DNA of 63,208 nt, counting the filler, from an uncultured Methanosarcinales archaeon (GTDB taxonomy: Archaea; Nanobdellota; Nanobdellia; Woesearchaeales; JACPBV01), in the NCBI GenBank assembly GCA_964492935.1. It is 3 parts of 3 records of this genome, joined end to end, with 100 filler letters (N's around TTAATTAATTAA, not from the genome) between each part and the next. Parts side by side here need not be neighbours in the genome. Positions count along the whole stretch, not along the records: positions 1 to 30,632 come from CAZBLF010000012.1; 2 more parts are not named here. One strand, 5' to 3'. Position numbers and translations under genes: made by a program. Below, piece after piece: positions 8,105 to 17,959 of the stretch (the first letter of the stretch is position 1; each line of letters starts with the position of its first letter). The notes under the pieces are model-generated. The model searched no databases. It had not been told where the DNA came from and saw only the letters and a program-made list of their open reading frames with translations.

Positions 8105-10281
8105 TGGCTGGACAAGATAAGGGCATGGGAGATTTGATGCAGAAGTACAAGGCGAAGCTAGAGGGCAAACTAGGAGATTCTGATGTTAAACCGACTGAGG
8201 AAATTTCTTCAAAATCGTATCAGGAGTTCAGACAGGAATTTTTACCTACTCATATGAACATTTATGAGAAATTGTGTGCTTTTTCAGAAAAGATTCTGAA
8301 GGTGAAGCCTGATAAAAAGAAGGAGAAGGCTATTAAGAGTGCATTGAAGATTACTCATCTGAATGTTACTCCGGCAGGGGTTGCGTCATTTGCATTTATC
8401 GCTCCTTTTGCATTGATTTTGGCTGCTGCACTTATAGCAACGTTGGCAGGGAGTTTCTTTTTTGCCTTGTTTTTTGTGATTGTGGGTTTTTCAATGATTA
8501 AGCCTCTTCAAAATTTGCCTAGTACGACGGCTGCGAATTGGCGTCTTCGTGCAAGTAATCAGATGGTGCTCTGTATCTTTTATGTAGTCACGTATATGAG
8601 GCATACTTCGAATTTGGAGCTTGCTATTCGTTTTGCGGCTGACCATATTCAACCGCCATTGAGTCTGGACTTGAAGAAGGTGGTATGGGATGTGGAGACT
8701 CAGAAGTTTCCTACGGTTAAGGAATCGCTGGAGTCGTATTTAGATACTTGGAAGAAGACAAACATGGAGTTGATTGAGGCCTTTCATCTGATAGAGGCTT
8801 CGTTGTTAGAAGGAAATGAAGAGAATAGAAAATCTACGCTTGATCGATCGTTAGATGTTATTTTGACTGAGACATATGAAAAGATGCTGCATTATGCTCA
8901 GAATTTGAAGAGTCCTATCACGATGCTTCATATGTTAGGGGTCATTCTTCCCATCTTGGGACTGGTAATACTTCCGTTGATTGTTAGTTTCATGAAAGGG
9001 GTGAAATGGTACTCGATTGCGTTGCTGTACAATGTAGGGTTGCCGTTGATGGTATATTCGATGGGGCGCAAGATTCTTTCGAAGCGTCCGACGGGGTATG
9101 GTGATACTGATATTGGAGAGATGAATGAGTTCAAGAAGTATTCTTATCTTAGGTTCAAGATTGGGGGTAAGGAATTTTCTTTTAGTCCGGCAGGGTTATG
9201 TGTTGTGGTGGGAGCATTATTATTTCTTATTGGAATAAGTCCCTTGATTATGCATTTGTTCATTACTGATGAAACGAACCTGGGTTTTGGGGGATTGGAT
9301 GAGGTTTCTACCTGTCTGAGAACGTATTGTTTGTTGGATTATCGCGTTGGGGAGGATGGAAAGATGGCTGGTCCGTTTGGATTAGGTGCATCATTATTGA
9401 GTTTATTTATTCCGCTTGGTTTGGGGGTGGGATTCGGGTTGTACTATAAACTGAAGTCGAAGAAGGTTATTGATATTAGAAATAAGACTGTAACACTCGA
9501 GCAGGAATTTGCCTCTGGATTATTTCAGTTGGGTAATCGGCTGGGCGATGGAAGTCCTGCAGAGATTGCGTTTGAGAAACTGGGGCGGAGTATGCAGGGT
9601 AGTGTTTCTGGGAATTTTTTCCAGTTAGTAGGCAATAATATTTCTCGTTTAGGGATGGGGGTTTCGCAGGCTATTTTTGATCCTCAGAATGGAGCTATGA
9701 AGTTTTTTCCGAGCAAATTGATTGAGAGCTCGATGAAGGTGTTGATTGAAAGCGTTAAGAAGGGTCCGAAGGTGGCGTCAGCCGCATTGATGAATATTGC
9801 GCGGTATGTGAAGGAGATTCATAAGGTCAATGAGCGATTGAAGGACTTGATGGCGGAGATTCTCGCATCGATGAGCTCACAGATTAAATTTTTGACTCCT
9901 GTTATATCTGGGATTGTTATTGGTATTACGTCGATGGTCACGGCGATTCTAGGAAGATTATCGGCACAGATGAGTAATATTTCGGGAGGTAGCGGTGCAG
10001 AGAGTGCGGCTGGAGGAGGTTTGGTTTCTGGATTCTTTGGGCAGGGTCTACCTACGTATCACTTCCAGGTTATTGTGGGGATTTATGTGGTGCAGATTAC
10101 GTATATTCTTACTGTATTGGCAAATGGTATTGAGAATGGTTCCGATAAATTGAATGAGCGGTATCAGTTGGGAAAGAACATGTTTAGATCGGTGGTGATG
10201 TACTGTATTATCTCTGCCTGTATCATGATGGTCTTTAACTTCATCGCTTCGAAGATAATGAGCACGAGTTTGCTGGGTTAG
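8104..10281 (+). CDS. Type IV pilus/T2SS membrane platform protein (fused TadB/TadC-like)
   Basis: Polytopic membrane protein with two cytoplasmic domains; TGA/ATG overlap with the ATPase. Confidence 0.8.
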   Translation: MAGQDKGMGDLMQKYKAKLEGKLGDSDVKPTEEISSKSYQEFRQEFLPTHMNIYEKLCAFSEKILKVKPDKKKEKAIKSALKITHLNVTPAGVASFAFIAPFALILAAALIATLAGSFFFALFFVIVGFSMIKPLQNLPSTTAANWRLRASNQMVLCIFYVVTYMRHTSNLELAIRFAADHIQPPLSLDLKKVVWDVETQKFPTVKESLESYLDTWKKTNMELIEAFHLIEASLLEGNEENRKSTLDRSLDVILTETYEKMLHYAQNLKSPITMLHMLGVILPILGLVILPLIVSFMKGVKWYSIALLYNVGLPLMVYSMGRKILSKRPTGYGDTDIGEMNEFKKYSYLRFKIGGKEFSFSPAGLCVVVGALLFLIGISPLIMHLFITDETNLGFGGLDEVSTCLRTYCLLDYRVGEDGKMAGPFGLGASLLSLFIPLGLGVGFGLYYKLKSKKVIDIRNKTVTLEQEFASGLFQLGNRLGDGSPAEIAFEKLGRSMQGSVSGNFFQLVGNNISRLGMGVSQAIFDPQNGAMKFFPSKLIESSMKVLIESVKKGPKVASAALMNIARYVKEIHKVNERLKDLMAEILASMSSQIKFLTPVISGIVIGITSMVTAILGRLSAQMSNISGGSGAESAAGGGLVSGFFGQGLPTYHFQVIVGIYVVQITYILTVLANGIENGSDKLNERYQLGKNMFRSVVMYCIISACIMMVFNFIASKIMSTSLLG

Positions 10282-10435
10282 CTCCAATTTCTATTGAGAA
10301 AAATCCATTTTCTGTTTCTAATGTTGGGTCGATTTCGAAAGATTGAAGTTTTAGTTCTTGCTGAGTACTGGTTTCTGGGGTGCATGCTGAGAGGAGAAGT
10401 AGGAGGGTGAGTAGGAGTATTGTTTTTTGTATCAT
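10241..10435 (-). CDS. Short predicted lipoprotein, possibly truncated
   Basis: MIQKTILLLTLLLLLSAC lipobox-like signal; overlaps the 3' end of the convergent gene. Confidence 0.4.
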   Translation of the reverse strand: MIQKTILLLTLLLLLSACTPETSTQQELKLQSFEIDPTLETENGFFSIEIGANPANSCSLSSKR

Positions 10436-10453
10436 TTTTTTGTAAAAAGAAAA

Positions 10454-10599
10454 TGGGGACGGTGGAACTTTCATAGCTTTTGGCTAATTTGAATCCACGA
10501 CACCTAGATCTCTACCATTCATTGGCTTTCGCCTCAGCAGATCTAAACTGCTCAATTGGGTCTTCAGTCTAGTGCTCTCCCAGGTTGAGCTACGTCCCC
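10454..10599 (-). tRNA. tRNA-Phe(GAA) with two introns: 37/38 (10510-10561, 52 nt) and 59/60 (10468-10487, 20 nt)
   Basis: Acceptor GGGGACG/CGTCCCC-A, D arm GCTC/GAGC, anticodon stem CTAGA/TCTAG with GAA at 10563-10565, T stem GTGGA/TCCAC; no encoded CCA. Confidence 0.93.
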
Positions 10600-10643
10600 A
10601 TCAGTATCAAAGAACTAATAATTACTTTATAAAACTATTGTCA

Positions 10644-11033
10644 TCACAGAACTTCTTCTTCATCGATAGAAGCGCTAAAATCTTCTTTGGAGGGTTGTTC
10701 TGGTGTAGGCGCAGCAGGCGGTGCTTCATCGGTAGATGCATCTTCTTTGCCTAGTACTTCCATACTTCCGAATTTACCGGTTGAGAGCTGCATTTCGCCC
10801 TGCCATTCAGAGACATATCCGTTTGCGATGTGAACTTTGTCGCCTACATTAACCTGATCTATTTGTTCATTCCAAAGAGAAAGAACCATTTCTCCGGTGT
10901 CATCTTTGATTTTTACGTTACATACGCGTCCCGTTTTTCCGAATTTCTCGAACTCTCGAACGTCTTCTTTAGCCGTCACTTCGACGGTAATGTCTACTTT
11001 TCCTTGTCTTGGTTGTAAATCGCTTATTGCCAT
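10644..11033 (-). CDS. Single OB-fold ssDNA-binding protein (RPA/SSB) with acidic tail
   Basis: IKDDTG...LSLWNEQ...VGD OB-fold pattern; acidic C-terminus. Confidence 0.85.
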   Translation of the reverse strand: MAISDLQPRQGKVDITVEVTAKEDVREFEKFGKTGRVCNVKIKDDTGEMVLSLWNEQIDQVNVGDKVHIANGYVSEWQGEMQLSTGKFGSMEVLGKEDASTDEAPPAAPTPEQPSKEDFSASIDEEEVL

Positions 11034-11078
11034 TTGAAAAAGGTAATCATCGCTCTTTTTTAAAGATTGTGATGGTGA

Positions 11079-12587
11079 CTATTTCATTTTTGTAACTGCT
11101 TGTAGCTTTTCTCCGGAGAGGAGGCGGTGGAGAGTGATTGCTAATTCATCTTGCTTTACGACAATCTGTTTTGCGGAGTCTCGATCACGAATGGTTGCGG
11201 TTTTATCCTTTATTCCATCGAAGTCCAGCGTGATACAATAGGGTATTCCTATCTCGTCTGCTCTTGCATAGCGACGACCGATGGATCCGCTTTTGTCGTA
11301 GGTACATGAGAATTCTTCTTTTAAGAGATCGAATAATTTCGATGCTTCTTTATCGAGTTTATTGACCAGTGGAAAGATGCCTACGGTAAATGGAGCAAGT
11401 TTGGGGAGCATTTTTAATACGATATTCCCTCGTTTTTTGTCCTCTTGGTATGCGTCTACGATTAATGCCAATAGTACACGCTCCATGCCGAAGGTGGGTT
11501 CTATTACTCGAGGCACGATATGTTGTTTTGTTGCTTCATCGAATAGGGTTAATTTTTCGTTACTTTCCTTAATGTGTTGGGTGAGGTCGTATTGGCCGCG
11601 ATTAGCGTTACCGGCAATCTCTTTACTTCCAAAGGGAAAGGTGTAGTCGAGATCGAAAGTGGCTGAAGAATAATGAGAGAGCTCGGTTTTTACGTGTTCT
11701 CGTACTTTTAGTTTTTTTGGATCGAGGCCGATAGCTAACAACCAACGATATTGTTCTGCTAGCCAGTAGGCATGCCATTCTCCTAGTTTATTTTGTTTGA
11801 GCATCTGCTCAATGGTGGTGAGTCTGGGTTCGCCATTCTTTTTGGCTTGTTCTTTGCTGTCGAGGAGTGGTAGTTTAAGCGAGCGATGTTTTTTGGTTAG
11901 GAGATTACATTCGGTTTGATCGGGATGAATGAAAAATTCGAATTCTGCTATGGTGAATTCTCGATCGCGGAAGAGGAAATCGCGAGGAGCGATCTCGTTT
12001 CTAAAGCACTTTCCGACCTGGGCGATACCAAACGGTAGCTGTTGGCGGGCGGTTTCTGCAACTAATTTAAAATCGGTAAACATTCCCTGTGCGGTTTCTC
12101 CGCGTAGGTAGGCTGTGTTTGCATTTTTCTCGTCTGCACCTACGTGCGTTGAAAACAGCAGATTGAAATCTTTCAGTTCTTCGAAATCTTCACCTTTATG
12201 TTGTAATTTGTGCTTCTTGATGAGATTCATGATGTCCTGGGCATTCATGCCGTCTGCGGAAATGCTCAATTCATCTTCTATGAAATGATCGGCACGCAAT
12301 TTAGTCTTAGATTGTTTTGTGGTAAGGACGAGGTCGCCAAAACTGTCTACGTGTCCCGATGCTTTCCAGACGCGCGGGTGAGAGATGATTGAGGCATCGA
12401 CACCCACCATATTAGCTCGACTCCGTACAAAAAAGTTCCACCAATGGGTTTTGATGTTGTTAAACAGTTCAACACCGAGCGGTCCAAAATCCCAGAATCC
12501 AGAAAATCCTCCGTAGATTTCGCTTGAAGGATAGACAAAACCTTTCTTTTTACAAAAAACTGCGATGTCTTCGATGGAGAGGGTCAT
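11079..12587 (-). CDS. glyS: Glycine--tRNA ligase (alpha2 type)
   Basis: YLRGETAQG, FRNEIAPR, VIEPTFG motifs; anticodon-binding domain SGSIGRRYAR. Confidence 0.95.
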   Translation of the reverse strand: MTLSIEDIAVFCKKKGFVYPSSEIYGGFSGFWDFGPLGVELFNNIKTHWWNFFVRSRANMVGVDASIISHPRVWKASGHVDSFGDLVLTTKQSKTKLRADHFIEDELSISADGMNAQDIMNLIKKHKLQHKGEDFEELKDFNLLFSTHVGADEKNANTAYLRGETAQGMFTDFKLVAETARQQLPFGIAQVGKCFRNEIAPRDFLFRDREFTIAEFEFFIHPDQTECNLLTKKHRSLKLPLLDSKEQAKKNGEPRLTTIEQMLKQNKLGEWHAYWLAEQYRWLLAIGLDPKKLKVREHVKTELSHYSSATFDLDYTFPFGSKEIAGNANRGQYDLTQHIKESNEKLTLFDEATKQHIVPRVIEPTFGMERVLLALIVDAYQEDKKRGNIVLKMLPKLAPFTVGIFPLVNKLDKEASKLFDLLKEEFSCTYDKSGSIGRRYARADEIGIPYCITLDFDGIKDKTATIRDRDSAKQIVVKQDELAITLHRLLSGEKLQAVTKMK

Positions 12588-12674
12588 GAATGTGTCAAAA
12601 CGGGCAGGATATTTAAAAGTATTGCTCCGGCTAAAAAGAACAGATTTATATAGTAGGGTTGCCGATTTTAGGGT

Positions 12675-13505
12675 ATGGATTCCAAGAAGATCATTATCGT
12701 TATTCTGGTTATTGCCTTGTTTATAGCAGTCTTCGGTAATCGGGGTTCAGACGAGGTTGTTGAGGATACAAGCGAGGAAGTTGTGGAGGATGTGTGTACG
12801 GCACGCGCTTTGTGTACGGATGCGAATACTCGAGCCTATCGAAACGCTGATTGTTCACTAACGGACGAGAAATCTTGCGAGAATGGTTGCGAGGCTGGGG
12901 CTTGTTTGAGTGCTCCGGTTGAGACTGTTGTTATCGATCCCGTTGTAGAGGATACTGTAGTTTCTGATTCGAAGCAGAGTTGTGATTTGGGTCTTGCGTG
13001 TCTTGATGCGAATAGAAAGGGCTATCGAACGAGTGATTGTACGTTTAGTAATGTTCAGGCTTGCCCCTATGGGTGTAGTGGTGGGAGATGTATGAGTGCT
13101 TCCGAGGCTGATTTTATTGAGTCAGCAAAAGATGTTGCGACTTCAGGTACTGTTTTCTTTGATACTCTTGCTTGGAGATTCTCAGACTTTTCTGAGGAGA
13201 GAATTTTAGTTAAGGAAAATTACGATTATGATGTCAAGGTAAGGTTCTTTCCCCAATCGAACAGATATAATTACTTTATTGCATCCGGATTTTCAAATGA
13301 TATCTGGATTATTGATGCTCCGATTGAGGGTGTTACGTACCAAGACTGTAAAGACGGTGTTTTGACTGCCGTTAGTTACAGCAGATTTAGAACGGATCAG
13401 ACGCTTTGTATTGAAACTCGAGATAAGGATATTGCAGCTATGGGTGGTACCTGGCAGGATTATCCTGATGAAAGCGTTGAATTAACGTGGAAACTTTTTG
13501 AGTAG
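12675..13505 (+). CDS. Membrane-anchored exported protein with two Cys-rich repeats
   Basis: N-terminal TM; duplicated C..C.DAN...YR..DC......C..GC..G.C unit. Confidence 0.75.
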   Translation: MDSKKIIIVILVIALFIAVFGNRGSDEVVEDTSEEVVEDVCTARALCTDANTRAYRNADCSLTDEKSCENGCEAGACLSAPVETVVIDPVVEDTVVSDSKQSCDLGLACLDANRKGYRTSDCTFSNVQACPYGCSGGRCMSASEADFIESAKDVATSGTVFFDTLAWRFSDFSEERILVKENYDYDVKVRFFPQSNRYNYFIASGFSNDIWIIDAPIEGVTYQDCKDGVLTAVSYSRFRTDQTLCIETRDKDIAAMGGTWQDYPDESVELTWKLFE

Positions 13506-13545
13506 AATTCTTTAATTTGTACATTGAGTAATCTTTTTAAATGAA

Positions 13546-14337
13546 GTGCTACTTTTAAGTAGTACATTGGCAGACGATTTAGAGTCCAAACTGCAGCCGC
13601 CTTCTTCGGATAGCTCTCCATTGGAGGAGACCGCTGAGCGTGATACATGGACGTTAGGAAATGTTGCAAAGGATTCGGCGCTGTACGCACCGTTAGCGGC
13701 GCTCGCTTATCTTGCTGCGGGTCCTGCAGGTGGGTTGGCTACTCTTCTTACTCCTATAGGATTGGGTATTGGGAAATATCTGAGTGATATGAAGAAAGGC
13801 ATTAAGACTCAGTGGGGTCAGATGCGAAAGACGTTGGCCGTGGGCAATTACGCAGGAGCATTAGCATACTGGGCCTACCACATTCCTGATTTTCTTATAC
13901 CTAACCCTGCAACCATCGGATTGAAGGTTGCTAAAACCTTACTCTTTAATCCACTGATGGTGGCTCCGTGGGTGGCTACATATCGAACGGCGACGTATAT
14001 TGTGGATAAATATGGCGGATGGGGTACGCTAGGTAGTATATTCACTGGAAAGATCTTCTCTCACATGAAGGAGGCATACGATAATGATGTGAAGGAGAAA
14101 TTGCTGCCGATTTTGGGAGAGACGTTCTTGACGCTTTCGGCTATACACTTTTACACTATGAATTATCTTGTCAATCCTGTTGCGAGAGTTGCGGTGGGAG
14201 CGGTGAACGACGTTATTTTCTCATTGATTACTGGGGAGGAAGGTTTTCTCAGGACGATTGGCCGGAAGTTGGGGATTGTGGATGATAAAAAGCAATTGGA
14301 ACAGAAGCCTCCTGCTGGACAGCCTTCGTACGCATAG
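13546..14337 (+). CDS. Membrane protein of unknown function (start uncertain)
   Basis: Long ORF with several hydrophobic helices. Confidence 0.65.
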   Translation: MLLLSSTLADDLESKLQPPSSDSSPLEETAERDTWTLGNVAKDSALYAPLAALAYLAAGPAGGLATLLTPIGLGIGKYLSDMKKGIKTQWGQMRKTLAVGNYAGALAYWAYHIPDFLIPNPATIGLKVAKTLLFNPLMVAPWVATYRTATYIVDKYGGWGTLGSIFTGKIFSHMKEAYDNDVKEKLLPILGETFLTLSAIHFYTMNYLVNPVARVAVGAVNDVIFSLITGEEGFLRTIGRKLGIVDDKKQLEQKPPAGQPSYA

Positions 14338-15531
14338 TCATTTCTTTAGCCAGGCGATTTCTTCTTTGTCTAAGTCTGCGTACAGAGCTATGGCATCGCC
14401 CATTTCTTGGTTGTTTTGGAAAATGGACTTGTAGTGGTCTACGTAGCGAAGCATTTGGCGTTCTGAGCTGTGAGATGCTTTTCCTAGCTTTGCAGCGATT
14501 GCTTTCTTTTTCATTGATTTTTGTTTTGCCCACCATAATTTAAGGATGCGGCCAGTAGGTTTGTATTGTACAAAGGTTTTGTACTTTTCATCCTTGGCTA
14601 CGGCGATCGAGGCTGTGAGTAATGCATTGATGTAGACGAGGAATCGCCAGTGTTGCCACCTTCGTATTCGTCGCCGGAAGATATCGGCTTTGCTGATTGC
14701 TTCGTAGGCTCGTTCGATGTCTGCTGCCTTGGTGTATTCTTTAGGAAGATTTTCGTCCAGCCAGAGAAATTGATCATCGCTGCTTTCTACGACGTGTTCA
14801 AACGCTGAAATTGCAATCTCTGGATTGGTTGTTTTGAACACTTTAACGAGGGCTTGCGGTATTGTTTCAATTTGGCTTCGTTGTACCAACTCTTCAAGTG
14901 CCTGTTTGGTTAATGCTTTTGAAACCTGAGTCATCGACTGGAGATCGGTTAATGCTGCTCGGCAGTCGCCGCCGGCACGTCGTGCAAGTGTTGTGACTAC
15001 ACTCGCTTCGTATTTGATTTTTTCTTCGTTGCAGACTTTCGTGAGCACCTGTGCGATGGCGTCGTGATGTAATGGAGGCATGGCAACGAGTTCGCAGTGT
15101 TTTCTTAGTGTTGAGAACTTTCTGTTCCAGGAATCTTGTGCCGTAAGTACGAGCGGAAATGCACTTGTTTTGATGAGATCGATGATTGCTTTGATGCCGC
15201 CGCGATCTTTTGTTCCGGAAAGACCGTCAATTTCATCGATGAGGATGAGTTTTCCTTTGGAGAAGAGAGATTGCTGGCCGAGTGCTCCTCCTAGTTTTTC
15301 TTTGATGGTATTTGCATTTCGATGATCGGAGGCATTGAATTCAAGAAATTCGAGATCAGCATCATTTGCTAACGCAATAGCTAGTGAGGTCTTTCCGGTT
15401 CCTGGCGGTCCGTGGAGTAGTAATGCCTTACCACGATTCGTGATGGTTTGTTCGGCTGCTTGAACGGCTGCATCCTGGCCGACAATATCGGAGACGGTGA
15501 TTGCTTTGTATTTTTCCGTAAAAGGGAGCAT
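14338..15531 (-). CDS. rfcL: Replication factor C large subunit
   Basis: PFTEKY, GPPGTGKT, EFNASD, IDEID, WRF motifs. Confidence 0.93.
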   Translation of the reverse strand: MLPFTEKYKAITVSDIVGQDAAVQAAEQTITNRGKALLLHGPPGTGKTSLAIALANDADLEFLEFNASDHRNANTIKEKLGGALGQQSLFSKGKLILIDEIDGLSGTKDRGGIKAIIDLIKTSAFPLVLTAQDSWNRKFSTLRKHCELVAMPPLHHDAIAQVLTKVCNEEKIKYEASVVTTLARRAGGDCRAALTDLQSMTQVSKALTKQALEELVQRSQIETIPQALVKVFKTTNPEIAISAFEHVVESSDDQFLWLDENLPKEYTKAADIERAYEAISKADIFRRRIRRWQHWRFLVYINALLTASIAVAKDEKYKTFVQYKPTGRILKLWWAKQKSMKKKAIAAKLGKASHSSERQMLRYVDHYKSIFQNNQEMGDAIALYADLDKEEIAWLKK

Positions 15532-15602
15532 GTGCTGGGTAATGGTGGGTGATTATTAAAGGTAGTGAAAAGATTTATATAACTGTATTTCTAGATGAGC
15601 TT

Positions 15603-16145
15603 ATGGGTTTTGGTGACATCATGAATAGTATTGGTTCTGGGTTCGGCGCTATTGGAGGGTCGTTGGTAAATGATCTCTCGATTTTGTGGTTACTGACTCC
15701 GATTCTCTTTTTTTGGATCGTGCTTGAGGTGTATTTTAGCAAATATCAATCGGAGAAGTTAGGATGGAATACTGCGTTAGGAAATGGTATGAGTATCTTT
15801 TGGATTTTGATCATTAGTATGCGAGAACTTTTTTCCGAAGGATGGAGCGGTCTCGTGTGGTCTCGATTTTTCGGGTTGATGATTCTTTTTGTGTACACAG
15901 GATTTATTATTTACAATTCGTTCGCACACAAGCTTCCAGAAAAAGTCTCCTTTATTATAGCGTCGCCGACGATTACCTATTATCTTTCGGCTGTTGCGAT
16001 TTTGTGGACGTTTGGGGGGCTTGTGATCACGGGATGGGTTATTCTTGATTTGTTGTTGATTTATGGTGTAGTGTTGATTTTAGAAGTTATTCTCAAGAAA
16101 TATGTTCAGAGAGAGACGGGCGGTTCAAGCCTTGGTGGTTTGTAG
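15603..16145 (+). CDS. Multi-pass membrane protein
   Basis: About five hydrophobic segments; TATA about 25 nt upstream of the ATG at 15603. Confidence 0.7.
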   Translation: MGFGDIMNSIGSGFGAIGGSLVNDLSILWLLTPILFFWIVLEVYFSKYQSEKLGWNTALGNGMSIFWILIISMRELFSEGWSGLVWSRFFGLMILFVYTGFIIYNSFAHKLPEKVSFIIASPTITYYLSAVAILWTFGGLVITGWVILDLLLIYGVVLILEVILKKYVQRETGGSSLGGL

Positions 16146-16460
16146 TAGACCTTTTTCTTCTAGAATAGTTTGTACTTCTTGATTTCCTTTTACTTGGGCG
16201 CGATCGCCTAGACCGTAATATACTTTTTGAGTGTGTCCACCCCAGGAGAAGGTTCCCTCTTCTTTAACGATCTTATTTACTTTGAATTCTCCTAATTCTA
16301 CTCCCTTTTTGAGGTGGTAATAAATTACACGTTGAGTTGCAAGAGGGAAGATTTCTTTGTAGAGTTTGAAGAGATCATAGCCGTACGCCTCTCCGAGATG
16401 TGCTAAGAGTTCTACCATATTCTGCCGAATATCGCTTCTTGTTGGTCGTCCTGCCCCCAT
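16125..16460 (-). CDS. Winged-helix-like protein
   Basis: YGYDLFK...IYYHLKKG pattern; directly downstream of primase. Confidence 0.7.
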   Translation of the reverse strand: MGAGRPTRSDIRQNMVELLAHLGEAYGYDLFKLYKEIFPLATQRVIYYHLKKGVELGEFKVNKIVKEEGTFSWGGHTQKVYYGLGDRAQVKGNQEVQTILEEKGLLQTTKA

Positions 16461-16493
16461 ATTCGGAGTAAAGTATTTTCCTATAAAAAGGTT

Positions 16494-17876
16494 TCACTTC
16501 GTTGATTCTTTCGACGGTTCTGCAGGTTCTTTTTCTGCTTTTTCTTTGGAAGGTTTAGCATCCTTCTTTTTCTTTTTGCCTGTTTTTTGCAGAAATCGCG
16601 TTTGCGCCTTTGCATAGCCGACGGGATTCTTGAAACGGTTGCAGCAGCTGTCGTCGCATTTTACCCCCAATTCCTTATAGTAGAGGAGATTGCCACAGTT
16701 CGGCGGAAGGACCTTCTTTTGTTTGGTTTTGTGATATCTGAGTTGACCTTTGTAGATGACTTCTCGAAGCGGTTCGCGATTGACTTTATTCCATTGGTTG
16801 AGACGTTCCTCAATTGCGTCATAGCTCCACCCGACACTGATGAGGAAATTGATCAGAATGAAGACGGCTCTTTTCTTGCCGTCTACGAGTCCGGCTAGTA
16901 TTTTCTTGATGCAATTCGGGAAGAATTGTTCTGGAATTGCCTCGGTGAGTTCTTCGTATTCTCTGACTACTTTGGATTTTTCTTTTTCTTCCTTTGCTCT
17001 CTGTAGTTTTTCATGGAAATCAAAGGATTGAACGAGTAGGTGTTTTGCCTCTCCCGGTTTGCAGTTGACTCGATCAAGAAATTTGAATTTTGAGACGCGC
17101 ACATTTTTTGCAACTGCTATTTCTTTTCGAAATTCTAGAACTTTATCTGGATTTACTGGTACTGAAACCAATCCTGATTTTTCATTGAAGGAATAGGCCA
17201 TGCGACAGAGGTGTCGTGAGGAGATGAGCAGCGTGTCGATGCCGATGACTGCTAGCGGATCGAATTTTCCCTTTTTTACGACTTCATTGAACGTTAATCC
17301 TGATTTTTTCATCACTCCTTCGACCCCGCCATCAGCTAACATGAGTTTGCCTAGTGGTTCGTTGATGAGTGAGCTGATATATTCTGCTACTGCACGCGGA
17401 CCATCGGGAAACCAAAGCCGAGTATCTTTTTCATAGACTTTTTCTGGGAATGCTTCGAATGGAATGCCAATGTGGAATCCGGATCCCCCTGAAAATTTGC
17501 AGGAGACGGCGGAGACGCCATGATGTTTGATGGCTTTGATGACGAGATCTGCTGCGAGGATGGTGTAGGCGACGAATTTACAGTCGATATCGATAACGAG
17601 ATCCCAGCCAATTCTGAGATCTTCCATGTCACCCGGCTTCATCTCGGAATGGATTTGTAGGGGGTTGCTCCATCGCTCTTCGGAGGTGTGGAATGAGGTT
17701 GCGCCGTTCTTTGCGCACTCTAGCACATCGTTAGGGTATTGGAGCATGTCTGGGCGTTTTCCGAATCCTACACCATAGCGGATTCCGACTTCTTTGTCTT
17801 GTGCGTCTAGGACCATGGCCTCCTGAATATCTCTGCGTTTGTAATGTAGCAAGAGTGTGCTTTTGTTCAAATCCAT
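16494..17876 (-). CDS. Fused DNA primase small+large subunit (PriS-PriL)
   Basis: DLVIDID and SGGSGFHI PriS motifs; C-terminal PNC..PPNC..C..C Fe-S region. Confidence 0.9.
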   Translation of the reverse strand: MDLNKSTLLLHYKRRDIQEAMVLDAQDKEVGIRYGVGFGKRPDMLQYPNDVLECAKNGATSFHTSEERWSNPLQIHSEMKPGDMEDLRIGWDLVIDIDCKFVAYTILAADLVIKAIKHHGVSAVSCKFSGGSGFHIGIPFEAFPEKVYEKDTRLWFPDGPRAVAEYISSLINEPLGKLMLADGGVEGVMKKSGLTFNEVVKKGKFDPLAVIGIDTLLISSRHLCRMAYSFNEKSGLVSVPVNPDKVLEFRKEIAVAKNVRVSKFKFLDRVNCKPGEAKHLLVQSFDFHEKLQRAKEEKEKSKVVREYEELTEAIPEQFFPNCIKKILAGLVDGKKRAVFILINFLISVGWSYDAIEERLNQWNKVNREPLREVIYKGQLRYHKTKQKKVLPPNCGNLLYYKELGVKCDDSCCNRFKNPVGYAKAQTRFLQKTGKKKKKDAKPSKEKAEKEPAEPSKESTK

Positions 17877-17959
17877 TGAGAAAAGTGAATGGTGGGCAAT
17901 TTATAATGTTTGCTCCACCTTGACATCACCTTTATAAATTCATGATGCATTCTTAGTGT

